Shown here piece by piece: positions 28,254-38,075 of a stretch of 64,000 nt of DNA; the first letter of the stretch is position 1; every line of letters begins with the position of its first letter. The stretch lies in the NCBI GenBank assembly GCA_000002435.2, contig CM018793.1, one strand, 5' to 3'. A program made the position numbers and the translations under genes. The DNA is from Giardia intestinalis (Eukaryota). The notes below the pieces were generated by a model, which ran no database searches, was not told the origin of the DNA, and worked only from the letters and a program-made list of their open reading frames with translations.

Positions 28254-30572
28254 TTAGAGGGCTAACAGCTGCGAGACCTTCACCCGCTTTCCGCAGCAGT
28301 CGCACGGGCATGTCGGCTCGTCCTCCTCAGAGCGGAAGCACTCGCGGCTTGGTGGGCGCATCGCATCGAGTTTCTCCTGGAGCTTTCGCCTGTTCTTCTC
28401 TGCAATCTGCGCCTCCATGTCCTTGAGCATCTGCTCTCTCACAGCACGCTCGTGCTCTGCACGACATCGTCTCTCGTTTGCTGCGTCCTCTAAGTCTTTG
28501 AGGTATGCAGCCATGTCGTCAGCCTCCTCTTTGGCGCGCTGAAGCTTATCACGCATCCGCTTTGCCGTAGCATCACGCAGAGCTGTGTCTCTAACGTCCT
28601 CTGCTTCCCTGCGCTTACGGGCAAGGATAGCCTCGATGTCCTCCGGTGGAAGGGCCGAGCCCATGTCATAGTAGTCCGGTATGCGAGCATTAGCAAATTC
28701 GGGAAGGTTGTACTCAGCCAGCTGACGGTCCAGAAGCTCCTTCTGCAGTCTCTTCTTAGCCTCCTCAGAGGCCTTATCAAACTCTCGCCGCAGAGCCTCC
28801 TCTTCCTGAAGAGCCTTGGCATACTCGATGTCCTCAAGGCGGCTGCGCTTCTTCTCGCTTTCCTTTGCCTGCTGCTTAGCCGTGAAGTCTCTGATAAAGT
28901 CTTGCATGCTCTGCTCGGCAGCCTCGCGTCTCTTCCTCTCAAGCTCCGGATCGTTATCGAACAAAACAGGCATCGGCTGAATGCTTCCTTCAGAGAGGTT
29001 GTGGCCAGCACGGCGCCACCGCTTGTATGCATCGTAAAGCCTGTCTGCTTGATCTTTATTGTATTCGTAGTGCGATCTGTCGCGTTCGTAAGCAGCCCGC
29101 TTCCTTGCCTCCTCCTCGCGGCGCGCCTCTTCTGCTTGGCGCAAAGCCTGCTCTGTGAACTCCTTCTTTTCACGGGCAATACGCTCTGCGTTAGCCTTAC
29201 GCTTTGCCTCCATCTCCTTCTTGGCGGCACAACTAAAGCAAATCAGTCCACGGAACGGCCTTGTAACAGAAGCGGTCGATGGGGTGCCGTGGACGCGAGA
29301 ATTAATATATGCATCCCGCGCCTTGTCCAGCTCATCGTGGAGAATCCGCTCATATACCGGGCCATACTCTAAGTGTGACCGAACAGGTGGCTTGAATGTC
29401 TTACAAAAGTCACGCGTGAACTCTTCTGCCCTTGTGCGGAAAAGTTCCTCGGCAGTTACACCTAGTGGACGGGTCCCTGAGACGGAGAGAGGAGTCTTCA
29501 CCTCTGAGGCAACGAGCTGGGTTGCAGATCGCGAGAGGGGCTTCTGTGAAACCTCAGGCACAGAGTCAGACATTGCTGGTGGAAGCATGCCAGTGTTGTC
29601 AAGCGTGACCCCCAGAGCGGGTTCCTGCATCATCGTTTCTTCGTGGACGCCTTTAGAGACGGTGCTGGCCGGTCTATCGGTGGCTCCAAAACTTCGCACA
29701 GACATACCCATGTCGTTTCTATTGGACATCAGCATGAGGAGGGTGTTCTCATCAACGCGAGGAGTCCCCGGTCTTGAGCCTTGTCGTGACTGTCTTTGGG
29801 ATGGGGGCAAAGAATCAACCCGGAATGGTGTGTTAAGACTGAACGGTTTCTGCTGCTTGTTAACTGGTCTGACTGTGCTTTCGTGATTAAGAACGTTGCC
29901 AAGAGAACCCATGGACCCCGGGCGCCCGTTGGTCAGAACGTTGTTTGCCCGCGGAGTCATTGTACGGGAAAACGGTCCCTGTGCCGCGGCCTTTGCGGTT
30001 GCGTCGTATGGTCGTGTTGTTGCCATTGTCACGTCCATCGTCTCGCTGGAATCTTTCGGTTCCGGCCACGGATGGCGATAAGTCGGCTCTCTGTGAGGTA
30101 GGGATGGATGCATGTTGAACTTGTAACACCTGGTTCGGCGGTCAAAGACCAAATTCCCAAGGCCTGGGAGCTGCAGGTTCACCCGCTGTGCCCTCACGCG
30201 TATAGCGTCGCCTAGCTCCTGGAAAACAAACTGCAGAAGGGTCTTCGCATCATGGCGGGACGCTGTGGAGAAGTCCGTGTAGCACACTTGCCTTATTGCC
30301 GAAGGAACCATATGCTCGTCTGTCTCACAGCGAATGTTGTTATTTCGCACAAAGGTCTTAGTGAACCGTGCCGTTGGTTTACCTTTCGCATTGAATGAAA
30401 AGACGGCAAACGGCGGAATGTCTGTTGAGCAGTTATCGTTATAATTGTAAACAACTTGCGCACACAGGTCGCGCCAGACCTTGGTGATTTCGTCAGCTGT
30501 TGCGGTAATGAAAGGTTTCTGCAAAACCAGCGCAACCATGTCGCTATTACCATACTCCGTAACAGTCGTCAT
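28254..30572 (-). CDS. Coiled-coil protein with a globular N-terminal domain (CCDC81-like) and a long Glu/Arg/Lys-rich coiled coil, ending in a Cys cluster CPCDCCGK
   Basis: The N-terminal 150 aa are non-repetitive. The C-terminal 300 aa are an EEARREEEARKRA...RREAEDVRD coiled coil. The terminal motif is TCPCDCCGKRVKVSQLLAL. ATG start. Confidence 0.6.
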   Translation of the reverse strand: MTTVTEYGNSDMVALVLQKPFITATADEITKVWRDLCAQVVYNYNDNCSTDIPPFAVFSFNAKGKPTARFTKTFVRNNNIRCETDEHMVPSAIRQVCYTDFSTASRHDAKTLLQFVFQELGDAIRVRAQRVNLQLPGLGNLVFDRRTRCYKFNMHPSLPHREPTYRHPWPEPKDSSETMDVTMATTRPYDATAKAAAQGPFSRTMTPRANNVLTNGRPGSMGSLGNVLNHESTVRPVNKQQKPFSLNTPFRVDSLPPSQRQSRQGSRPGTPRVDENTLLMLMSNRNDMGMSVRSFGATDRPASTVSKGVHEETMMQEPALGVTLDNTGMLPPAMSDSVPEVSQKPLSRSATQLVASEVKTPLSVSGTRPLGVTAEELFRTRAEEFTRDFCKTFKPPVRSHLEYGPVYERILHDELDKARDAYINSRVHGTPSTASVTRPFRGLICFSCAAKKEMEAKRKANAERIAREKKEFTEQALRQAEEARREEEARKRAAYERDRSHYEYNKDQADRLYDAYKRWRRAGHNLSEGSIQPMPVLFDNDPELERKRREAAEQSMQDFIRDFTAKQQAKESEKKRSRLEDIEYAKALQEEEALRREFDKASEEAKKRLQKELLDRQLAEYNLPEFANARIPDYYDMGSALPPEDIEAILARKRREAEDVRDTALRDATAKRMRDKLQRAKEEADDMAAYLKDLEDAANERRCRAEHERAVREQMLKDMEAQIAEKNRRKLQEKLDAMRPPSRECFRSEEDEPTCPCDCCGKRVKVSQLLAL

Positions 30573-30776
30573 TTTTTACTTTCGGAATTCTCAATGCCGC
30601 GGAATCCTGTTATTAATTTTGAAAGAACCGGGTGAGAACGCGGCACGCGGAAGTGGGTCTGGCGGCCACCAAGAGCGGGAGTTGCGCATGGTGACGGGGT
30701 GATTTACTCGGCAGAGCCTCCCAAACAGAGTTTGGTCGAAATCGATGCAAAACCCCGGGAACCTTCTCAGAAGATC

Positions 30777-31442
30777 TTAGAAGATGCGGTGAGACGGGCC
30801 CATCGTGGACTTGATGTACACGGTCTTGATGTTCTGCCACCCCTTCTTGAGTTGCGTGGCGAGGAAGTTGAGGGTCGTCATGATATTCTGAGCTATCTCG
30901 GACGCCGGCATTTTGACGTTGCCGATGGGCCAGTTTAGTCCGACAGCTTTCTTGAACTGGACCTTGATGGTGGACTTGCACTCAAGAACCTTCAGCTCCA
31001 GGTCCTCATCGGGAGCAAGGGGCAGAGGGGTGCGGCCTGCCTTCGTGAACCCTGGGCCGGCGTAAACCGTGATCTGACGGATAAGAGACTTCGACGCAAG
31101 GAAGACGTCGTAGGACTTAGCGAACTTCTTGATCTGCTTGGCGTCCTTGTTGAACTGCTGGAGATGCTCTATCTCTACGTAGTTCAGGCCAAGCTTCTTG
31201 GCACGATCGGCATCGCGAGCATCGGCAATGACGCAGAGCTTCAGGTTCTGCTTGGCTATGTGGGGAAGGACGAGGGGAAGGTTGAAGCGTGGATCCTTCT
31301 TCGGGTCGTAGCCCTTGAGTCCGACCTGCAGCTCCACCGTTTCCAGAAACTTGCGAGGCTTCTCGTTGGTGGCGCGCTCGATGATCTCCGCGATGTGCTT
31401 GTTGAGGGCTTCGGGGTTAATTCGCTGCATCGCGAACCCCAT
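30777..31442 (-). CDS. RPL10A: 60S ribosomal protein L10a (uL1)
   Basis: The full-length alignment to eukaryotic L10a includes FLETVELQVGLKGYDPKKDPRF and SMGPSHRIF at the C-terminus. Codon usage is GC3-rich, as in highly expressed Giardia genes. Confidence 0.92.
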   Translation of the reverse strand: MGFAMQRINPEALNKHIAEIIERATNEKPRKFLETVELQVGLKGYDPKKDPRFNLPLVLPHIAKQNLKLCVIADARDADRAKKLGLNYVEIEHLQQFNKDAKQIKKFAKSYDVFLASKSLIRQITVYAGPGFTKAGRTPLPLAPDEDLELKVLECKSTIKVQFKKAVGLNWPIGNVKMPASEIAQNIMTTLNFLATQLKKGWQNIKTVYIKSTMGPSHRIF

Positions 31443-31599
31443 TCTTAATGACTCAGATTCTAAATTAATATTGAAAGATTTTTATAAATCCACCTCGCTC
31501 CGTTTGAGACTTCCACCACCCACTTCTTGCGCAAGGTACGAGTGTGCATAAATAGTAGGGATCAATCTAGTGGCCTCAAACAGTTCTCAAGCAACACAA

Positions 31600-31866
31600 A
31601 TGAGCAACCCACAAGTTTGCAGGGGATACACGGGAAGCTTCGTGGGGCACGTCTGCTCTTCGTGTGAAGGAAAATGTGTCTCCTGTGAAACCTCCGAACG
31701 TGGTGCTGCTTCCTGTCGGGTGGCTCAGATTTGTCGAGTGTGCTCCCAACGCCCCCGAAGAGCATGCGTTCTGTGTGGACTTCCCGGAACTAATCTCGCG
31801 TACTATTGCGAAAGGTGTGTCATGCTAGAAAAAGATCGTGATGGTTGTCCAGTGCGCATATCATGA
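31600..31866 (+). CDS. PHF5A/Rds3-like splicing factor SF3b subunit, a Cys-rich zinc knot protein
   Basis: The track ORF 31570 starts with GTG, and the first ATG is at 31600 (MSNPQVCRG...). The pattern C..CEGKCVSC...RICRVC...CVLCGLPG...AYYCERC...EKDRDGCP matches the PHF5A arrangement of conserved Cys residues. Confidence 0.8.
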   Translation: MSNPQVCRGYTGSFVGHVCSSCEGKCVSCETSERGAASCRVAQICRVCSQRPRRACVLCGLPGTNLAYYCERCVMLEKDRDGCPVRIS

Positions 31867-31910
31867 CAGCCTTTCTCTGCGTCTTTACACCTAGGCACGC
31901 TCATGCTCTG

Positions 31911-34163
31911 CTATATGTTAATAAATAGGGCAGACGGCATGCTTGCTTTGCAATCTGCAATCATCTTGTCTATTTGTTTGATGTAGTTATCGATAGAGAG
32001 GCCAGAGTACGTCATGTGGATCCCTGCCTCGTGCTTCGCGTCTGCGGCCAGATTCCTCAGTCCTGTGCTGGCTCTTTGGAGCTCCCTGAAGCAGCTCCAT
32101 AGCCGTGTCTTTCTGGCCTCCAACTGCTGGATGCTTGCAGTGTTGTTGTTGTACTTCTCAAGAAGCTCGCAAAAATCACTTATGAACTGCACTTTGTCTT
32201 CTATCTCATTACACAGCAGACTCTCCTTCCGCCAGAAATCAATCATTTTGTCTATTTTGCCCAGATCAGTGTCTTTGCTGGATAAAACTGCAAAAAGGTC
32301 CAGCCGCTCCATGATGGGCATCTTCAGCTGCTCCCAGACCTCCACCAGCTGTGCTGTTGTGCCGTTGTCTCCCAGTGGAAGGGCGACGCCTTCTGAAAGA
32401 AAATTAGTGTAGGACTCCAGCTCTGAGACCTTGAATGGGTTGTCTCCTGTAACGGCGAGATCCAGTTCTGATAATACCTCATCGATAAGAGGCGCTACCT
32501 GCAGCTCTCTGTGAGCCAGGGGGTGTAAGAAGAGGCGGGTTGAGGCCATCTCATATAGTGCCATGGTCGCTATCCTTGGATCGAGGTCCTTGTCAACATT
32601 TGCTTCGTGGTACTTGGAGAAGAACGATAGCAAGTGTTCATTATCTAATACACACTCCTTAGCGGCAACATAATTATCTAGCCTTTGTACGGCTGCTATC
32701 TGGTCATACTCCTCCTTGTCGAGGAATGTTGTGGGCTTTCTGGCCCGCGCTGGGATCTCCGCGCCCTCTGCTATCTGCTTACTTATCTCGGCGTCATACT
32801 GATTCATCATGCGTTGCATCTGTTGTGCCGTAAGATCATTTGATGGCTGATATCCTTTTTTATTGAGATTCACGTATGCGTCAGACGCGTGGCCCTTAGA
32901 GACCCTTTTGAGCTCCTCCTCGTTTGCTTTGTGCTCCTCAAATACTGCATGTAATTCAGTACGCCTGTTAACAATTGCCCTCTCACAATCCTCAATGTAC
33001 TTGCTAACGGCTGTGCCAAATTCAGAAGACATATAGGCTATTTCCACGTCTGTATTCTTATGCTTATATGGAGCATGTATTTCTGCCTTTAGTAAATCGA
33101 TAGCTTCTCCCAGAGAAATCGACTGTAGTGCCTTCAGCTTCCCACTCAAGAGCAGGTTATCGACCTCCTCCTCAATCTGTGGCCGTGACAGGTCCGATAT
33201 CTTGAAGTTAGCAGAGGAGAGCATGTTGTCTTTCCCATGCTTTTCTAGGAACTTGCACAGGCAATTACCATAAATGCAGTTGTCCGATGTGAAACCAGAA
33301 TTATTACTATCATCGACGCCATCATCCTGTGGCTCGCTTGACGCCAAAATCAGCCGTGCTATCTCCGTTGTTGGCCTCAGCTGCAAGAAAGAAGAAGAGC
33401 GTAAGCTGGCAATGAAGTCCTTACCAAACGACGTAGCCAACTCTGCTGGTATTCCGTTAATAATGCTATGAATGAGCTGCTTTGTTGTGGCATTCTCGTC
33501 TGTTCTGACCTGTTCAAAGTGAGTCGGACTGTACGGTCGAATAGGAAGAAAGGGCATGTAGTTAAGGGCATCATCGGGTTCCGTCTCATGGCTATTCTTG
33601 GACTCCTTCTTATCCTCATTTGGGGCCTTGATCACACGCGCCTCTCCTGTGATTATGCTCTTGCTTCTATCAATGTCCACCCGCTGATCGAGGTATGCGC
33701 CAGCTGTCCGTCCAGAGGCTACCTTCTCCTTCATCTCGTATAGCTTGTTAACGGGAACCATGCCGAGGGCCATGCTCAGACCGGCGTCCCGATAGTCTGC
33801 TTTATTGTCCACGTCGAAGAGAAGGCGACTTATGTCGTCAATGTCTCCGCCAGTTCTAGTGGAAATTATGCCAGCAGTTACCCTTTTCCTCAACTCTTCA
33901 TGTGCCAACTTCTGCATATCCTGTTCTCGCTGGGCGTTGAGCTTCACTGGATCTGGAAGAGATAACCGTGCTACCTGAGCATTATCCTCCTCAGACAAGG
34001 GAAGCACATTGGATCCCAAATGGGGCTCTTCGACCACAGACAGGTCAACGAGATCCTGCTTTAAAATGCTCGGCTGTGTAATCTTGGAGTCAGTTTTTCT
34101 AGCCTTGATAATATCTGCAGCCAGTTTCTGTGTGTATGTTTGCTCTGTGTACCCATCTGCCAT
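31911..34163 (-). CDS. Hypothetical conserved alpha-helical protein of about 750 aa
   Basis: The track ORF start at 34208 is TTG, and the first ATG is at 34163 (MADGYTEQ...). It is a long helical protein with coiled-coil segments and no diagnostic catalytic motif. Confidence 0.6.
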   Translation of the reverse strand: MADGYTEQTYTQKLAADIIKARKTDSKITQPSILKQDLVDLSVVEEPHLGSNVLPLSEEDNAQVARLSLPDPVKLNAQREQDMQKLAHEELRKRVTAGIISTRTGGDIDDISRLLFDVDNKADYRDAGLSMALGMVPVNKLYEMKEKVASGRTAGAYLDQRVDIDRSKSIITGEARVIKAPNEDKKESKNSHETEPDDALNYMPFLPIRPYSPTHFEQVRTDENATTKQLIHSIINGIPAELATSFGKDFIASLRSSSFLQLRPTTEIARLILASSEPQDDGVDDSNNSGFTSDNCIYGNCLCKFLEKHGKDNMLSSANFKISDLSRPQIEEEVDNLLLSGKLKALQSISLGEAIDLLKAEIHAPYKHKNTDVEIAYMSSEFGTAVSKYIEDCERAIVNRRTELHAVFEEHKANEEELKRVSKGHASDAYVNLNKKGYQPSNDLTAQQMQRMMNQYDAEISKQIAEGAEIPARARKPTTFLDKEEYDQIAAVQRLDNYVAAKECVLDNEHLLSFFSKYHEANVDKDLDPRIATMALYEMASTRLFLHPLAHRELQVAPLIDEVLSELDLAVTGDNPFKVSELESYTNFLSEGVALPLGDNGTTAQLVEVWEQLKMPIMERLDLFAVLSSKDTDLGKIDKMIDFWRKESLLCNEIEDKVQFISDFCELLEKYNNNTASIQQLEARKTRLWSCFRELQRASTGLRNLAADAKHEAGIHMTYSGLSIDNYIKQIDKMIADCKASMPSALFINI

Positions 34164-34208
34164 CAGTGAAGCGGGCTTTAAAATTATAGCATTTCGGAAA
34201 AGTGGCAA
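34164..34208. promoter_or_regulatory. Divergent 45-bp promoter spacer shared by the 750-aa gene and the UBC gene
   Basis: The two start codons are head-to-head, 45 bp apart. The spacer is AT-rich, with GGCTTTAAAATTATAGCATTTCGGAAAAGTGGCAAATG. Confidence 0.35.
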
Positions 34209-34742
34209 ATGAGCTCCAAGACTCAGAAATCCTCACCTACAGAATCGCAAATAATTATCAATCGAAAGCTTCTATGGGAGCAGAAGAATCCTGACCCTTA
34301 TTATAAGCTCCGTCTTACAAATAGTGGCGACCTCTACAGAATCCACTTCTCTTGCAGAGGCCCGAAGGGCACCGTGTTTGAGGGCGGTATCTATCACGGT
34401 GTGCTTGTCCTGCCACCTTCCTTTCCGTTTAAGCCACCAGACCTGATGATGATCACCCCAAGTGGGCGCTTCGAGATTAACAAGAAAATCTGCTTCTCAT
34501 ATACATCGTACCATCCCGAAACGTGGTCTCCGGCGCTGAACTTCAAGCATATCATCATCGGATTCCTCAGTCTCTTCAACGAGTATAGTGAGAGTGCCAT
34601 AGGAATGATCACTACTATGGATAGGCCCACAATCGATAGATACAAAGAGGCGAATATGAAGTTTACATGCTCAGAATGTGGCATGTGCCACTCATCTATC
34701 TTGCGGGAGCTTGAGGAGCTGGAGAAGAGCAAGGGATGCTGA
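34209..34742 (+). CDS. Ubiquitin-conjugating enzyme E2, a non-canonical UBE2J-like UBC domain
   Basis: The UBC fold motifs are HFSCRGPKGTVFEGGIYHGVLVLPPSFPFKPPDLMMITPSGRFEINKKICFSYTSYHPETWSPALNFKHII. The active-site Cys lies in the KICFS context typical of UBE2J1/J2. Confidence 0.85.
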   Translation: MSSKTQKSSPTESQIIINRKLLWEQKNPDPYYKLRLTNSGDLYRIHFSCRGPKGTVFEGGIYHGVLVLPPSFPFKPPDLMMITPSGRFEINKKICFSYTSYHPETWSPALNFKHIIIGFLSLFNEYSESAIGMITTMDRPTIDRYKEANMKFTCSECGMCHSSILRELEELEKSKGC

Positions 34743-34904
34743 CGGTTTAAGGGTTTATCTTTAGCATCCTTCAAATATATGCGACTGTCCTCTTTCTAGC
34801 GACTATGGTTCCAGAATGACCGCTTTTTGGCCTTCAAAGTGTTTGTCCCGTCTTACTCTGTTTTGTATAAGTATTGCACAGAAAGAAAAACAGGTAAATT
34901 GCTG

Positions 34905-37900
34905 ATGGATTCCAGTATTGGAAGGGTACGCGTCATCCTTCGAATCAGACCCCTCGTTAGGGCGGAGCTCATGGACGGCGGGGGTGTCAGTGTTCAGGCA
35001 CGAGGATCCTCTATATTTCTTCAAAATGACACATCATATATGTTCGATTCTGTACTAGGCCCTGAGTCCTCTCAGGAGGATGTATCTGCAGAGGTGCTGA
35101 ACGGGTTGCTTGCACCATTCATTCAGGGGTACAACTGCACCGCCTTTGCATATGGTCAAACTGGCGCGGGAAAATCCTACACCATTGGGGTGCCGAACCA
35201 GACATCCCTGAGCTATGTGGAGGCGTGTCTTGGAGAAGCCAATAAAGAAAGTCATGCTGGCGCAGATGTAAGCGACGTCGACGTGGACCCTCAAACTAAA
35301 TTTGCGTCTGTCGGCCTTATCCCTCGCTTCATCGTTCAACTCTTTGATGCCTTGGCCAGCATTCAGTCTGTGTGGAAAGTAAGAGTGTCCTTCCTGGAGG
35401 TTTATAACGAGACGCTTAGAGACCTTCTTTCCCCGGAGACAGATTCGTCTTCTTTGTGCATACGCGACTACAAAGGAAAGGTCGTCGTCCAGAACTTAAC
35501 TGAGCGAGAAGTCTCCAGCGCAAAGGATGCCGCTAGGTGCTTTGTTAACGGCGGTATCTTGCGTGTTACAGCCGTCACCGCTATGAATGAGCGGTCTTCT
35601 CGATCCCACAGCATCTTCACGGTCACCCTTGAGCGCGTTCAGGATAATAAGAAGTTTCTCTCCAAGTTTTCCTTTGTTGACCTTGCGGGCTCTGAACGAG
35701 CAAAGAAGTCTGGGGCCACAGGCCTCCAATTCAAGGAGATGGTCGGCATTAACTCCGGGCTGTTGGCTCTAGGAAACGTGATCAGCGCTTTGGCAGCCAA
35801 TCAAGACTCAAGGGAGAAGCGGCATGTACCGTACAGAGACTCTAAGCTTACTAGACTTTTGCAGGACTCCCTCGGCGGCAGCAGCACAACCATAATGATA
35901 GCAAACATAAGCCCGTTCATCGGCAATTTTGATGAGACCAATAGTACTATTCTTTACGCTGCACGTGCACGGAACATAATTAACGTCCCGGTGGCTTGCC
36001 ACGAGGAGCTCAACCTTGGCCAAGCACAGGATCAAGTGCGCCAGCTTATCAAGGAGCTTGAGAAAGAGAATCTAACGATGAAGGCAGATCTTGACCGAGT
36101 CAGAAAGCAGCGAGATGACCTGCGAGGTGAGATAGAGATCCTTGAGGCACAGCTTTTAGAACGCAATGCAAGACTAATTACAATGGCCAAGGGTGCCGCT
36201 CTCGAGCCTTCAACCCAGCAGGCTTTGGGTAGCAATCAGCTGGACAATCTAGGAAATCTGAGTGTGAATGCTGGAGTCAAAGAGATACCTGAAGTTGTGC
36301 GAGAGCTCGTGCGTAGTAACTGTATTGCCATTGAACAAGAGTTTGGCACGTTTTATGCGCCCAAAAAGATTCAGACCATTAGATTGCTGTTAGATTTATT
36401 AACAGATTACATTTGTAAGACGTACCCTGTCGATAACAGTAATTACAATGATGTATTCAAGGCACTTGTTAATCAAAATGTTATAAGTTCACTGAAAAGT
36501 GCCAATGCGCGTAGCTCAACTGGCACGGGAGGCAAAGCTGCTGGGCCGTCTTTTACAAAAAAGAAGGCATCTAGCTCAAAGCAGCTGCTAACCAATGAGC
36601 ATAACAGCGCAATGTTTTCCGATACCGTGGTTGCCACACTTATTGATGCGTTACTGCTACTTAGAAAGGCTGGGTCGGCACCGCTTAATAAGCGCAAGAA
36701 GCAGCCTCGTAAAAGCTCAAGGGCTGCGCTTAGAGAACACTCTAAACTAGATAATCAGCAGGGCAATACCGAGGCACCGTCAACCAACGGCGTGCTGTCA
36801 GAACAACTCTCGAAAGAGAGTGTAATCTTTACCAACACGTCTTCCTCTACTTCCTTGCTGAAAGTCAGCATGCTGGACAAGAGTACAAGCAGCGACGTGT
36901 CTCCAGTCAATGTGAGTGAGTTCTTGGATCGATCGCTATATGAACATAACAACAAGGGCGAAGGAGATGAAGAACAGCAAGATGTATATGACTTAGCCTA
37001 CAGGGATATAGTTGATAATACAAGGAATGTCCCGGAGGGATCTGCAGCGCTGACAGCGATTAAGGATCTGATAAAACGCCTCATATCTAAAGAAGCGTGC
37101 CCAGAAGAGATATACCACTCAACTGTCACCGCTATGATGGCACTCCAGAAGCAGCAAGAGCATATTCTTGAGCTAGAGGGTCAAATGACATACATACAGC
37201 AGAAAGTGCAGGGGAAAACTTGTGACGAGAATGTAATCGAGTTGAGAACCCGCATAAAAACCTTAGAGGAAGAGCATAGAGTTGCTCTCGAGGAACTGCG
37301 CACAAAGGAACAAGTTCAGCTGGCGATGAATCAGGTACAAGCGCGATTCCAGTCAATGATAGAACGGTATAAGAAGGAGATTATCGAAAAGACACGAGCA
37401 TGTGAGGAGGCCAACAGGCTCCTTAAGTCACAAAGGATGAACCAATCGTTCAACGAAACCCCAATCAAGCCAAAGAGGCCAGGAAGCAATCGTCTCAGTA
37501 TGGGTCAGATGCATGCACACAGACGTGTGCAGTCGAACACCGAACACGCATTTGCAATGATAGACTCCGGCTATGCACCAGCAGTTCATGCCAAGCACGC
37601 ACACCATCTGTCCTCAGTTAATATGACGGATTGTAGGCCAAAAAGCAAAAAAGATATCGGTCAGAGTCACCAGAAACTAGGCAACAGGGACACTAAGCTG
37701 GCTGAACTAGATAGAAAGCTAGAAGATCTGCAATCTCTCTATGCTTATAATGCTAAAAATGAGGAAGTACTAAGGAACAGGGTAGAGGAGCTAGAAGCGG
37801 AGAGAGATAGCCTGGCGAGCGAGAAGCTTTCTCTCCAAAAGAGATTGTCACAACTTGAGCAGGACATAAAGATGCGTGTGGTTTCTCCAGTTAGAGCATC

Positions 37901-38075
37901 TGTGGAGGGAGTGCCACAACTCCGGAGACAACTCCAGCAGCAGCCCCGTCCTCGACAATCCTCAGGTGCAAGTGGTACTCCCCAGGCAGCTAACCAGAGA
38001 GAAAGAAATCCTGATGAGCTGAAGGGGTTACAGCTGCAAGGGCTGCCGATGCTTGGAGCACGTCAGAAAAGCTAG
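34905..38075 (+). CDS. Kinesin-like motor protein with an N-terminal motor and a long coiled-coil tail
   Basis: The track ORF 34827 starts with TTG, and the first ATG is at 34905 (MDSSIGRVRVILRIRP). The P-loop is GQTGAGKSYTIG, switch I is SSRSHSIF, and switch II is VDLAGSERAKKSGATG. The kinesin family is not assigned. Confidence 0.9.
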   Translation: MDSSIGRVRVILRIRPLVRAELMDGGGVSVQARGSSIFLQNDTSYMFDSVLGPESSQEDVSAEVLNGLLAPFIQGYNCTAFAYGQTGAGKSYTIGVPNQTSLSYVEACLGEANKESHAGADVSDVDVDPQTKFASVGLIPRFIVQLFDALASIQSVWKVRVSFLEVYNETLRDLLSPETDSSSLCIRDYKGKVVVQNLTEREVSSAKDAARCFVNGGILRVTAVTAMNERSSRSHSIFTVTLERVQDNKKFLSKFSFVDLAGSERAKKSGATGLQFKEMVGINSGLLALGNVISALAANQDSREKRHVPYRDSKLTRLLQDSLGGSSTTIMIANISPFIGNFDETNSTILYAARARNIINVPVACHEELNLGQAQDQVRQLIKELEKENLTMKADLDRVRKQRDDLRGEIEILEAQLLERNARLITMAKGAALEPSTQQALGSNQLDNLGNLSVNAGVKEIPEVVRELVRSNCIAIEQEFGTFYAPKKIQTIRLLLDLLTDYICKTYPVDNSNYNDVFKALVNQNVISSLKSANARSSTGTGGKAAGPSFTKKKASSSKQLLTNEHNSAMFSDTVVATLIDALLLLRKAGSAPLNKRKKQPRKSSRAALREHSKLDNQQGNTEAPSTNGVLSEQLSKESVIFTNTSSSTSLLKVSMLDKSTSSDVSPVNVSEFLDRSLYEHNNKGEGDEEQQDVYDLAYRDIVDNTRNVPEGSAALTAIKDLIKRLISKEACPEEIYHSTVTAMMALQKQQEHILELEGQMTYIQQKVQGKTCDENVIELRTRIKTLEEEHRVALEELRTKEQVQLAMNQVQARFQSMIERYKKEIIEKTRACEEANRLLKSQRMNQSFNETPIKPKRPGSNRLSMGQMHAHRRVQSNTEHAFAMIDSGYAPAVHAKHAHHLSSVNMTDCRPKSKKDIGQSHQKLGNRDTKLAELDRKLEDLQSLYAYNAKNEEVLRNRVEELEAERDSLASEKLSLQKRLSQLEQDIKMRVVSPVRASVEGVPQLRRQLQQQPRPRQSSGASGTPQAANQRERNPDELKGLQLQGLPMLGARQKS

